A DNA stretch of 32,988 nucleotides from an uncultured virus (IMG/VR IMGVR_UViG_3300025398_000011) (Duplodnaviria > Heunggongvirae > Uroviricota > Caudoviricetes), in IMG/VR virus record IMGVR_UViG_3300025398_000011; one strand, 5' to 3'. Numbering within the stretch: position 1 is the stretch's first letter; every line of letters starts with the position of its first letter. A model generated the notes under the pieces. It saw nothing but the letters and a program-made list of their open reading frames with translations. It was not told the origin of the DNA and did not search any database. A program made the translations under genes and the position numbers. Of this stretch, positions 18,051 through 26,044 are shown piece after piece.

Positions 18051-18980
18051 ATGGACTTGTACGCAGCGCTCGCCAAACAAGCCACACCTGTAACCTTAGA
18101 GCCGTCTGAGACCTCATACTTCAGCGCGCCTGGTGCTGGTCTAGACCCACGTCTATTTAGAGATAACAAGTTCGTTCCATCAGTTCGCGCCTCTATTCTT
18201 CGTATTCTATTTGACCATCTGCGCAATCATTATTACAACCCAGAGGCCTATACAACTGTATGGATTGCCGGCTCTGGTGTGAGCTACCAATGGACAGCTT
18301 CCCGTACCCCAGCTGATCTAGACTGCTTGGTAGGTATTAATTACCTTATGTTCCGCCAGTCTAATCCAGAGTACAAAGCGCTTAGCGATAAGCAAATCGC
18401 AGATATGTTTAACTCGGACTTCCGTAAAGACCTTCACCCGTTAACCTCCAACTTCTTGGACGCTTACGAGCTGACCTTCTTTGTAAATGTTAAGTCGGAC
18501 ATTCTTCAGATTAAGCCGTATGCGGCGTACTCACTAACTAATGACGACTGGACTGTGCATCCAGAGGTTAAAGCGCCACCAAAGAGTAAAGCGCTAGAGC
18601 AGAAGGTCGCCAAAGATACATCTATGACCTTAGACATTTTGTCACGCTACTCAGCCGCGCTTAACTCGATTGCTAACGCGCCTACTGATACCGCTCGTAG
18701 AAACGCAGAAGCAACGTTAAAGTTAGCGGTAGAACAAGGTGTTGCATTGTTTGAAGAGATTCACGGCGGTAGAAGTAGTGCATTTAGTCCATCTGGGCTA
18801 GGATACACAGACCCAGCTAACTATCGTTGGCAAGCGGGTAAAGAGGCCGGCACTATTCAGGCCTTACGTAAACTAAAAGATATATCAACAAAGAGCAGAA
18901 AAGAGTTTGAGGCTCAGACATATGGTATGGAACTACCAGATGTTAATACCTTAATACGCCGAGCAATCGGCGGCAGATAA
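18051..18980 (+). CDS. Pol-beta-superfamily nucleotidyltransferase
   Basis: IAGS...DLDCLV (hGS..DxD) plus a third acidic strand YELTFFV. Confidence 0.7.
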   Translation: MDLYAALAKQATPVTLEPSETSYFSAPGAGLDPRLFRDNKFVPSVRASILRILFDHLRNHYYNPEAYTTVWIAGSGVSYQWTASRTPADLDCLVGINYLMFRQSNPEYKALSDKQIADMFNSDFRKDLHPLTSNFLDAYELTFFVNVKSDILQIKPYAAYSLTNDDWTVHPEVKAPPKSKALEQKVAKDTSMTLDILSRYSAALNSIANAPTDTARRNAEATLKLAVEQGVALFEEIHGGRSSAFSPSGLGYTDPANYRWQAGKEAGTIQALRKLKDISTKSRKEFEAQTYGMELPDVNTLIRRAIGGR

Positions 18981-19013
18981 CACAATTCGTAATTTAGTAG
19001 TAGGGTACAACTC

Positions 19014-19478
19014 GTGGCAACACTTATGTTTATTGATGGCGTTCTTCGTAACCCCATAACTAATGCTCCCATACCTCAGGGTATGTCCCTTTACCGCACC
19101 CTGAAAGAGAAGGGTCGCGTTTTACTACTATGTTCACATAAAGAAAAAGATGACCGTTGGTTGCGTGAGAACAAGACTAACCTAGTAGATGACTTAATCG
19201 GTTTAGAGATGACTGCGGGTGTCGAGTGGCCTGAGTTGCGCCAAGTAGAGTATTGTCGCGGACAACAGAGCGGGGTTGAGCTGGTAATAACCGCTGATCC
19301 AGCATTAGCCGCTAAACTACTCGAGATTGGTATTACTAGCCTGATGTTCCTTCATCCAGTCTATATGGCTGAGAAGTTCCGCCCAGATGGTAGGCAGGGC
19401 GCAAAGTCGTGGGAAAAGATCAAGAGTGAGATCATAAGTCAGCAGGAAACCTTTGTAGAGGATCACCGCATCCAATGA
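19014..19478 (+). CDS. HAD-like (PNK-phosphatase-like) protein, degenerate motif I
   Basis: LMFIDGVL N-terminal strand, WL..N, VITADP; first Asp of DxD absent. Confidence 0.5.
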   Translation: MATLMFIDGVLRNPITNAPIPQGMSLYRTLKEKGRVLLLCSHKEKDDRWLRENKTNLVDDLIGLEMTAGVEWPELRQVEYCRGQQSGVELVITADPALAAKLLEIGITSLMFLHPVYMAEKFRPDGRQGAKSWEKIKSEIISQQETFVEDHRIQ

Positions 19479-19513
19479 AGATCGTATTCCTATTTAGTAA
19501 GTATATTTTTTAA
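19475..19513 (+). pseudogene. orphaned 5' stub (MKIVFL...) of the gene resuming at ~20086
   Basis: ATGA-coupled start encodes MKIVFL, which matches RIVFL read in-frame just before G-C-E-V-P at 20086-20100. Confidence 0.6.
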
Positions 19514-19534
19514 TTGAGATATATACTTTTCACT

Positions 19535-20092
19535 ATGACTACTACTGTATGGACAACTGAGGCTAAAGTCGCGCGCAACAAGAAGAACCTTACCGGTCAC
19601 TCTAAAGCAAAAGCGTTAGGCCTGCGATACTGCCCTAAATGCGAACTGGCTAAAGAGCATGAATGTTTTGAGTTTCCTTTGGGCTCCAGGGTTCAAAAAG
19701 CTTGGTGCAAGGACTGTCGTTCGGTAAAAAAGTGCCCTAAATGTCACAAGATTTTGCCTAGAGCAACTCACTATCAGCAACTAAAAACGGGGTACAAGTT
19801 AAATCATGCCTACTGTTTAGACTGTGATAGGTTGTACCAAAGAGAATGGAAGTTAAAATCTAACTATTTGATGTCTCAAGAGGAGTACGCAATAATGCTT
19901 GAGGCGCAAGGTAAAAAGTGCTATTTGTGTAAATCAAGTAAGAAGTTAGTCGTAGACCATGACCACAATACAGGTAAAGTGCGTGGGCTATTGTGTGACC
20001 TATGTAACCGAGGGCTAGGTTACTTTAAAGATAACCCAGATGTTCTTATAGCGGCGGCCAAATATGTAAAGCAGGTGACATTATCCGTATAG
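19535..20092 (+). mobile_element. free-standing endonuclease VII-type homing endonuclease
   Basis: N-terminal CxxC repeats; Y..ML..QG.KC..C...LVVDHDH.TG.VRGLLC..CN.GLG.F.DN; own AT-rich promoter (TATACT 19522-19527). Confidence 0.88.
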
Positions 20093-21549
20093 TGTTTTTA
20101 GGTTGCGAAGTCCCCAGCAACCGTACCCTTTTAGAATCCACGGGGGCCACGCATGTCGGGGTCAGCTTTTGGGGACTTACCAAGCGCGGTTTACCCCAGA
20201 ATAAGGCCTATCTACTGAAGAATTACTTCAAAGACCATTTTTACATCTATGTATACCCCGGCATTCCCAAAACTGAAAAGCTCACAGCTGATGAGCTGAT
20301 CGAGTTTGCGGCTGAGTACGAGGACTTTATTGCAAACAACATTGACCGCATCAATATGTTCAGCGAAATAGCTGCTGAAGACGATACTTTTGTAGCTCAG
20401 CAGCGCAAGTCAGCTTGGTCTCAAGTACCGCCCAGTAAGTTCCTGCCCGCTTGGAACCCTGAATCTGGATTTGCTGAGCTTAATCTACTCGGAAGTAACT
20501 ACCTAGACATAGCCATCCCTGGAGAGGCTTTGGAAGAGAACCACCAGCTCCTAACTGTCACACGAACACTTGTTCGGAAGCACGGCACCCGTTTTCATAT
20601 CCTTGGTTCGGCTAAGCCCGATACTCTACGGCAGATTGCCGCTGAGACGGCCAGCACTATGTCGTGGCTATCACCTATGAGGAACGGTGAAACTATCGTC
20701 TGGGACGGTACAAAACTGGTACGCTACCCAGCCCGTATGAAAGATCAGGCTCGCCCTAGATACAGGAACGCCTACCTCAAAGCAGGGTTAGATGTAGATA
20801 AGATTCTGGAAGATGATGATAAGGAAGTCTGCCGTCTGGCGGTCTGGTCTTACCAGCAATATGAAGCGAGGTTAAACGGAATGACCCCAGACGATAATGA
20901 GAAGTTATCAGATAATAACAACTTACAGGTGAGTGAAGAAAGTGGAGAAACTACCCTCGCTAATAGTGATAAGAAGGGTGTTTCTGCGCGGAAGTTAGAG
21001 CCAAGAACTCCTGAAGAAATGGGCAATTTACCTGTCTTTGGATACGATATGAAGCAGGTTGTTGAGAGCGAAAATGGGGTAGAAGTATTCAAAGAAGTCC
21101 CTGTCGTTCAGTCCCAATCAGTCAGCCTTCGGGTCTGTGATTCCTGCTATGTAGCCGCTACCTGCCCTGCATTTAAGCCTCAATCTGTATGTGCATTTAA
21201 GTTACCAGTAGAGGTTAAGACCAAAGATCAACTCAAGTCCCTAATTAATGCAATCATTGAAATGCAGGGTCAAAGGGTCGCTTTTATGCGTTTTACTGAA
21301 GAAATGAATGGTGGATACGCTGACCCCAACGTATCAAAAGAGATAGACCGACTGTTCAAATTGATTAAGACTACTAAGGAATTGGATGACTCTAGAGAGT
21401 TCATTAGGATGACTGTTGAGCGCCAAGGTAGTGCAGGAGTCCTCTCCTCTATCTTCGGTGACAAGGCAAATGTCCTCAAAGAACTACCCGCAAATGGGCT
21501 GGATGAGAACCAAACTACCGAGATAATCAAAGACTTAACCGCCGAGTAG
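20092..21549 (+). CDS. two-domain protein: TGT/DpdA-like barrel plus C-terminal Cys4/helical domain
   Basis: FHILG...STMSW resembles the HxLG...DSxSW segment of TGT-like proteins; CDSC.....CP.F.....C cluster after a low-complexity linker. Confidence 0.45.
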   Translation: MFLGCEVPSNRTLLESTGATHVGVSFWGLTKRGLPQNKAYLLKNYFKDHFYIYVYPGIPKTEKLTADELIEFAAEYEDFIANNIDRINMFSEIAAEDDTFVAQQRKSAWSQVPPSKFLPAWNPESGFAELNLLGSNYLDIAIPGEALEENHQLLTVTRTLVRKHGTRFHILGSAKPDTLRQIAAETASTMSWLSPMRNGETIVWDGTKLVRYPARMKDQARPRYRNAYLKAGLDVDKILEDDDKEVCRLAVWSYQQYEARLNGMTPDDNEKLSDNNNLQVSEESGETTLANSDKKGVSARKLEPRTPEEMGNLPVFGYDMKQVVESENGVEVFKEVPVVQSQSVSLRVCDSCYVAATCPAFKPQSVCAFKLPVEVKTKDQLKSLINAIIEMQGQRVAFMRFTEEMNGGYADPNVSKEIDRLFKLIKTTKELDDSREFIRMTVERQGSAGVLSSIFGDKANVLKELPANGLDENQTTEIIKDLTAE

Positions 21550-21573
21550 CTAAACGAAGTTATCAGATAATAA
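20901..21573 (+). repeat. 18-bp direct repeat GAAGTTATCAGATAATAA (20901-20918 and 21556-21573)
   Basis: Exact match; core TTATC-A-GATAA is palindromic. Confidence 0.85.
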
Positions 21574-21597
21574 GAGAGTTTTAGAAAGGAAACTAGG

Positions 21598-22104
21598 GTG
21601 TCTAGCGTAGAAGGTAAAGAACCGCAAAATTGGCATAATTGCGGTACGCACTCCGGCTATCAAAGCCATAGAAAACGAGGAGAAATTGCCTGCGATTCTT
21701 GCCGAGCCGCCAACACCCTTTACCGAAAAAACTGGGGTAATAAAAACAGAGAAAGAAGCAATCAGATAGCCTACAACTGGGGTAAAAATAACCCCGATAA
21801 AGTACGAGGTTACATGAGAAATGTGGCTCGTGTTCGTAGGGCTAAAAAACTATTAGTTGAATCTGACACCTATACTCAAGAAATGATCTTAGAGTTATAT
21901 GGCTTTAACTGCCATATATGCTCAAAAGAAATTGACCTTAAAGCACCTCAGCACCCAAAATGGGGTGAAGGATGGGAGTTAGGTTTACAGTTAGATCATG
22001 TTGTTCCGTTATCCAGCGGGGGTAACGACAAAATAGAAAATATAAGACCCGCTCACGCTAAATGTAACATCTCAAAAGGAAGTAAAACTGCTAGCACTCT
22101 GTAG
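21598..22104 (+). mobile_element. free-standing HNH endonuclease
   Basis: CHIC...LDHVVPLS.GG.D...N...AH..CN..KG; N-terminal CGT..GY..H......C..C motif. Confidence 0.9.
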
Positions 22105-22176
22105 CAGTACCTTCTCGCTGAACCCCAAGATTTTTGCCCCTAAACTATCAAACCCCCCTAGAGAACCGAGGAAAAA

Positions 22177-24213
22177 ATGGCACTGTCCTTTCGTCTTGCA
22201 GACGACTTTGTATCAGGTTATAAATCAAAGAAAGTCCCTTGGGGCTATCAAGATGCCGCTGGTAACTCGGTTGGGGAAATTACCTTCCTCAGAACCTACT
22301 CCCGACTAAAGGAAGATGGCACTAAGGAAACTTGGGTTGATGTATGTGAGCGCGTCATCAATGGTATGTATTCTATTCAGAAAGACCATTGCAAGAGCCA
22401 GCGCCTACCTTGGAATGATGCCAAAGCTCAGGCTTCGGCTAAGGAAGCCTTTGACCGCCTCTTTAATCTAAAGTGGACACCGCCCGGCCGAGGTCTATGG
22501 GTTATGGGTACTCCCCTCGTAAATGAGCAGAAGAACTCAGCCGCTCTCCAAAACTGCTCTTTTGTATCCACCGAGTCTATGAGCAAGAACAACCCTGCCA
22601 AGCCATTTGCCTTCTTAATGGAAGCCTCAATGCTTGGAGTAGGCGTGGGCTTTGACGACAAGGGTGCGGATAAGGACTTCACTATCTACGAGCCTAAGTT
22701 ACCGCCCGTTACCTATCAGATTCCAGATACACGCGAGGGGTGGGTTGAGTCGGTATCTATGCTAATCAACTCGTATCTGCGCCCAGAACAAACAATCTGC
22801 GACTTTGATTACTCGATAATTCGACCTGCGGGAGAGCCAATCAAAATCTTTGGCGGCACAGCCGCTGGCCCAGATCCGCTCATTAAATTGCACGACCATA
22901 TCCGTAAGATATTCAAAGGTAGGGCTGGTCAGAAGTTAACTAGAGTAGATATTGCCGATCTTGGCAATCTAATCGGGGTCTGCGTAGTTTCCGGCAATGT
23001 CCGCCGCTCGGCTGAGCTGCTTATGGGGCGCTTAGATGACCAAGACTTCCTTAATCTAAAGAACTCTAAAGTATATCCTGAGCGTAATTCCTACGACCCT
23101 GCTGCTCCTGGATGGGCTTGGATGTCTAACAACTCAGTAGAGGTTAGCGTCGGCTCTAATCTAGACTCCATTATTGACGGCATTGCTCTCAATGGTGAGC
23201 CTGGAGTCATCTGGATGGATGTAACTCGTAAGTATGGGCGCTTGGCTGACCCAATCAACAACAAAGACTGGAGAGCGGCGGGCTACAATCCTTGCGCTGA
23301 GCAATCTCTAGAGTCCTACGAATGTTGCACTTTGGTCGAAACTTACCTCAATCGTCACGACTCTATTGAGGACTTTAAGCGTACTCTCAAGTTTGCTTAC
23401 CTCTACGCCAAGACAGTTACTCTCTTGCCTACGCACTGGGAAGAAACCAACGCGATTATGCAACGCAATCGCCGTATCGGCACTTCTATCTCAGGAGTGG
23501 CTAACTTTGCAGATAACAAGGGGCTTCCTGCTCTCCGTCAATGGATGGATGAAGGTTACAAAACTGTTCAGACCTACGACAAGGGTTACTCTGAGTGGCT
23601 TGGTATCCGCGAGTCTATTAAGACTACAACTGTGAAGCCTTCGGGAACTGTGTCTATCCTTGCAGGTGAGAGTCCAGGAGTTCACTGGTCAGTTGGTGGT
23701 AAGTTCTTCTTGCGCGCTATCCGCTTCCGCAATAGCGACCCTATGTTGCCTCTCTTTACTATGGCGCAATATAGAATCGAACCAGCAAGCGAAGACCCAC
23801 AAGGTACTTCTGTTGTGTTCTTCCCAGTAGAGTCTGACGCTCGGCGCTCAGAAAAAGACGTTTCTATTTATGAGAAGGTGGCTCTCGCGGCTACTGCTCA
23901 GAGATATTGGAGCGACAACTCTGTATCGGTTACTGTGTCGTTTGACCCTGAGAAGGAATCTAAAGATGTGGGAACTGTTCTTCATCTCTATGACGGACAA
24001 CTAAAAACTGTTTCCTTCTTGCCTTCGGGTAACACAGTTTATCCTCAAATGCCTTACACACAGATTACTGCTGAGGAGTACGAGAACTATCGTATGACTC
24101 TCTTTCCTATTGACTTTGCTGGCGTGTACGCTGGTATGGCTGCTGACGCGGTGGGCGAAGCCTATTGCACCACAGACGCTTGCGAAGTAAAGTTGATTAA
24201 AGACAACCAGTAA
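22177..24213 (+). CDS. nrdJ: class II (B12-dependent, monomeric RTPR-type) ribonucleotide reductase
   Basis: RTYSR, PPGRGLW, NC, NVRRSA, NPCAEQ, TTVKPSGT, DNSVS.T, C-terminal C..D.C. Confidence 0.95.
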   Translation: MALSFRLADDFVSGYKSKKVPWGYQDAAGNSVGEITFLRTYSRLKEDGTKETWVDVCERVINGMYSIQKDHCKSQRLPWNDAKAQASAKEAFDRLFNLKWTPPGRGLWVMGTPLVNEQKNSAALQNCSFVSTESMSKNNPAKPFAFLMEASMLGVGVGFDDKGADKDFTIYEPKLPPVTYQIPDTREGWVESVSMLINSYLRPEQTICDFDYSIIRPAGEPIKIFGGTAAGPDPLIKLHDHIRKIFKGRAGQKLTRVDIADLGNLIGVCVVSGNVRRSAELLMGRLDDQDFLNLKNSKVYPERNSYDPAAPGWAWMSNNSVEVSVGSNLDSIIDGIALNGEPGVIWMDVTRKYGRLADPINNKDWRAAGYNPCAEQSLESYECCTLVETYLNRHDSIEDFKRTLKFAYLYAKTVTLLPTHWEETNAIMQRNRRIGTSISGVANFADNKGLPALRQWMDEGYKTVQTYDKGYSEWLGIRESIKTTTVKPSGTVSILAGESPGVHWSVGGKFFLRAIRFRNSDPMLPLFTMAQYRIEPASEDPQGTSVVFFPVESDARRSEKDVSIYEKVALAATAQRYWSDNSVSVTVSFDPEKESKDVGTVLHLYDGQLKTVSFLPSGNTVYPQMPYTQITAEEYENYRMTLFPIDFAGVYAGMAADAVGEAYCTTDACEVKLIKDNQ

Positions 24214-24228
24214 TCTCTCTCTCAATAG

Positions 24229-24259
24229 AAAAACCCCCTGTGAGTAGCAGGGGGTTTTT
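24229..24259. terminator. bidirectional intrinsic terminator at the strand switch
   Basis: AAAAACCCCCTG...CAGGGGGTTTTT between convergent genes. Confidence 0.9.
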
Positions 24260-24356
24260 AACTTATTAGGCGCAGGTACGGCTAGGTGCGAAAGATCACC
24301 ATAATGACCGCCCTTAGCGTTAGAAAGGTTAGACTCGCTTTAACGCCTAATAAGTT
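24260..24356 (-). ncRNA. ~97-nt structured element (three-way junction candidate)
   Basis: Perfect 13-bp closing inverted repeat AACTTATTAGGCG/CGCCTAATAAGTT with two internal stems. Confidence 0.4.
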
Positions 24357-24357
24357 C

Positions 24358-24621
24358 TCAACTAAAGTTATTTACTGTGTGGAAGAATGCTTCTGTGAAA
24401 GATAGGGTAAGGGTAGCAAAGTCGTGTATGTGACTCTCTCCTTTACCAGCGGAGTCCTTTAGATACTCCTCTAAGGCTACCGCGTATCTCTCTACAAATG
24501 CTTTGGGGGTGCCGTACTTAGAATCATCTAAGTGGTCTTTACTACCCTTGACGCTATTCATAATCTCGTCAATATCTCTCCCTGAAGGGTTGTGCCAATC
24601 AGCGTTGAGATTATCTTCCAT
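24358..24621 (-). CDS. hypothetical protein
   Basis: 87 aa, TAATG coupling. Confidence 0.7.
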   Translation of the reverse strand: MEDNLNADWHNPSGRDIDEIMNSVKGSKDHLDDSKYGTPKAFVERYAVALEEYLKDSAGKGESHIHDFATLTLSFTEAFFHTVNNFS

Positions 24622-24899
24622 TAGAGCGCTACCTTGTAGTCAATAGAACCAGCGATTAGGGTTGGCTTCTCATTAGCGTCTGCTTGAACAACGCTGAACT
24701 TGAGGCTCTTTCTTCCTGTAATCTCTACTAACTCAGCCTTGACCCAACGCTTACCAGCAGAGGCGTTAGACCACGCGCTTACTTTAGAGTTTGTCTCTCC
24801 ATTTTCGTCACGAATTGCGACTCGGCATAGCCAAGAGCCACCCTTTTCTAGATTCTTCTCTAGTGTTGCGGTAAATGTACGAGTTACTTTCTTAGCCAT
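24621..24899 (-). CDS. hypothetical protein
   Basis: 92 aa, AAAGGA SD. Confidence 0.75.
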   Translation of the reverse strand: MAKKVTRTFTATLEKNLEKGGSWLCRVAIRDENGETNSKVSAWSNASAGKRWVKAELVEITGRKSLKFSVVQADANEKPTLIAGSIDYKVAL

Positions 24900-24939
24900 T
24901 TTCTATCCTTTTCTATTCTGTGGGGTGATCTTACTAGCC

Positions 24940-25143
24940 TTAGCCCTGTGGGGCAAGCGTGGGTTTGTGTTGGGCTCTCCTGCGTGGGGTCGCCTTCTTT
25001 GTGGCTCTCTCCTTTGCCGGAGTTTTTGCCGGAGTGGTTTTATGCTGCTTGGCATTGTGTTTGGAGAGTTCTAGGTGGGCAAATCTACTCTTGACTTCTA
25101 GTTTAGAGTTGCAAGTCGGGCAAGTGATCTCTCTAGTAACCAT
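24940..25143 (-). CDS. C2H2-type zinc finger with basic tail
   Basis: CPTC...H....H followed by a K/R/P/A-rich tail. Confidence 0.6.
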   Translation of the reverse strand: MVTREITCPTCNSKLEVKSRFAHLELSKHNAKQHKTTPAKTPAKERATKKATPRRRAQHKPTLAPQG

Positions 25144-25288
25144 TTAGGCAATCCTCTCCTTGTGTGTGCTTGGGTAGGGCTTTCTGCATTTCATATAGGG
25201 TTGGGGTATAGAGCATAGAGCCACAGGCTGAACACTCATAACTCCATTCATCAGCACCAAAGTCGTGCTGGAATCCGTTGGGGTTCAC
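25133..25288 (-). CDS. small zinc-binding protein, 51 aa, not in track
   Basis: MNPNGFQHDFGADEWSYECSACG...H.....C; GTGA overlap. Confidence 0.6.
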   Translation of the reverse strand: MNPNGFQHDFGADEWSYECSACGSMLYTPTLYEMQKALPKHTQGEDCLNGY

Positions 25289-25437
25289 TTAAACTCCTCA
25301 CCGCACTCGGCGCAGGTCTGACCCCTGCTAACTTCTATCTCTCTCACTAACTCAGGGTTATCTATTATGCCCCTGAATAAGCCGTCACCATAACACTCGG
25401 CGCAGGTGATATAGCCGTTGGCTTCGTAACCAATCAC
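25285..25437 (-). CDS. small zinc-finger protein (start reassigned)
   Basis: TCAEC occurs twice; GTG start overlaps the upstream TGA; GGAG SD. Confidence 0.6.
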   Translation of the reverse strand: MIGYEANGYITCAECYGDGLFRGIIDNPELVREIEVSRGQTCAECGEEFK

Positions 25438-25631
25438 AACGCGATCTCCGCGTCTGTCTTGCCTTCCTTGATACACTCCGAGCAGACAAACCATTGTCCG
25501 TTATCATCAAACCATAAGAAGTCTGCCATACCTTCGCAGAAGATACACTCTCTATCTTCCTTTGGCTCTTTGCATTTGTGGGTTTCCCACACGCCTTCGG
25601 CTACTTCATCACCGCACCAATTACAGTTCAT
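25434..25631 (-). CDS. small double zinc-finger protein
   Basis: CNWC..H.C and CIFC...CSEC. Confidence 0.65.
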   Translation of the reverse strand: MNCNWCGDEVAEGVWETHKCKEPKEDRECIFCEGMADFLWFDDNGQWFVCSECIKEGKTDAEIAL

Positions 25632-25801
25632 AGGTTTCCTTCTAATAAGTTGATCGCGTCTAATATGCCGTAGTAATAGCCCTCATTAAAGTTCCACTTA
25701 GGGTCGCTTGTGTGGTTCGGCTCATCATCTTGTGGCACTAGAACCGCTAATCTATTATTAAGTGCGTTATGCAACTTATCTAAGACTTCTTTATTACTCA
25801 T
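25628..25801 (-). CDS. hypothetical protein, 57 aa, not in track
   Basis: MSNKEVLDKLHNAL...YYYGILDAINLLEGNL; ATGA overlaps on both sides. Confidence 0.6.
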   Translation of the reverse strand: MSNKEVLDKLHNALNNRLAVLVPQDDEPNHTSDPKWNFNEGYYYGILDAINLLEGNL

Positions 25802-26022
25802 AGCAAATCCTCAATCTCGTTGCCCTCATCATCATAGAAGTGGGTGGGGATATAGTCATTAAAGGACTCATCAGCCCACTCTGCAATTAGTTCGACAATC
25901 ATCTCTAAAGTAATCTCTGAAACTTCACACTCGTTGCTCTCAGCCATATCGCTTAAGAAATCTTCGTCAATCGTGTAACTGATTGACCTTTGCGCCGTAA
26001 TAACTTTAGGTAACTTACTCAT
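25798..26022 (-). CDS. acidic hypothetical protein
   Basis: 74 aa, ends FYDDEGNEI. Confidence 0.7.
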   Translation of the reverse strand: MSKLPKVITAQRSISYTIDEDFLSDMAESNECEVSEITLEMIVELIAEWADESFNDYIPTHFYDDEGNEIEDLL

Positions 26023-26044
26023 CAGTATTCTTTCTCTCGTTAGG

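Noticed and set aside
19493..20100. Group I intron interrupting the MKIVFL/GCEVP gene
   Set aside because: The endonuclease ORF and its promoter fill the whole insert, leaving no room for P3-P7 core elements; the downstream copy re-encodes IVFL
20092..21549. Confident dpdA/7-deazaguanine modification call
   Set aside because: The expected catalytic Asp motif is altered and no preQ0 biosynthesis genes are present in the window
22110..22170. NrdR box or cobalamin riboswitch upstream of nrdJ
   Set aside because: Only a weak partial resemblance (CCCAAGATTTTTG); the gap is too short for a B12 riboswitch
3996..24213. Inteins in polA, recA or nrdJ
   Set aside because: Protein lengths are normal and no C/S...HN-C/S/T splice junctions or LAGLIDADG blocks are seen
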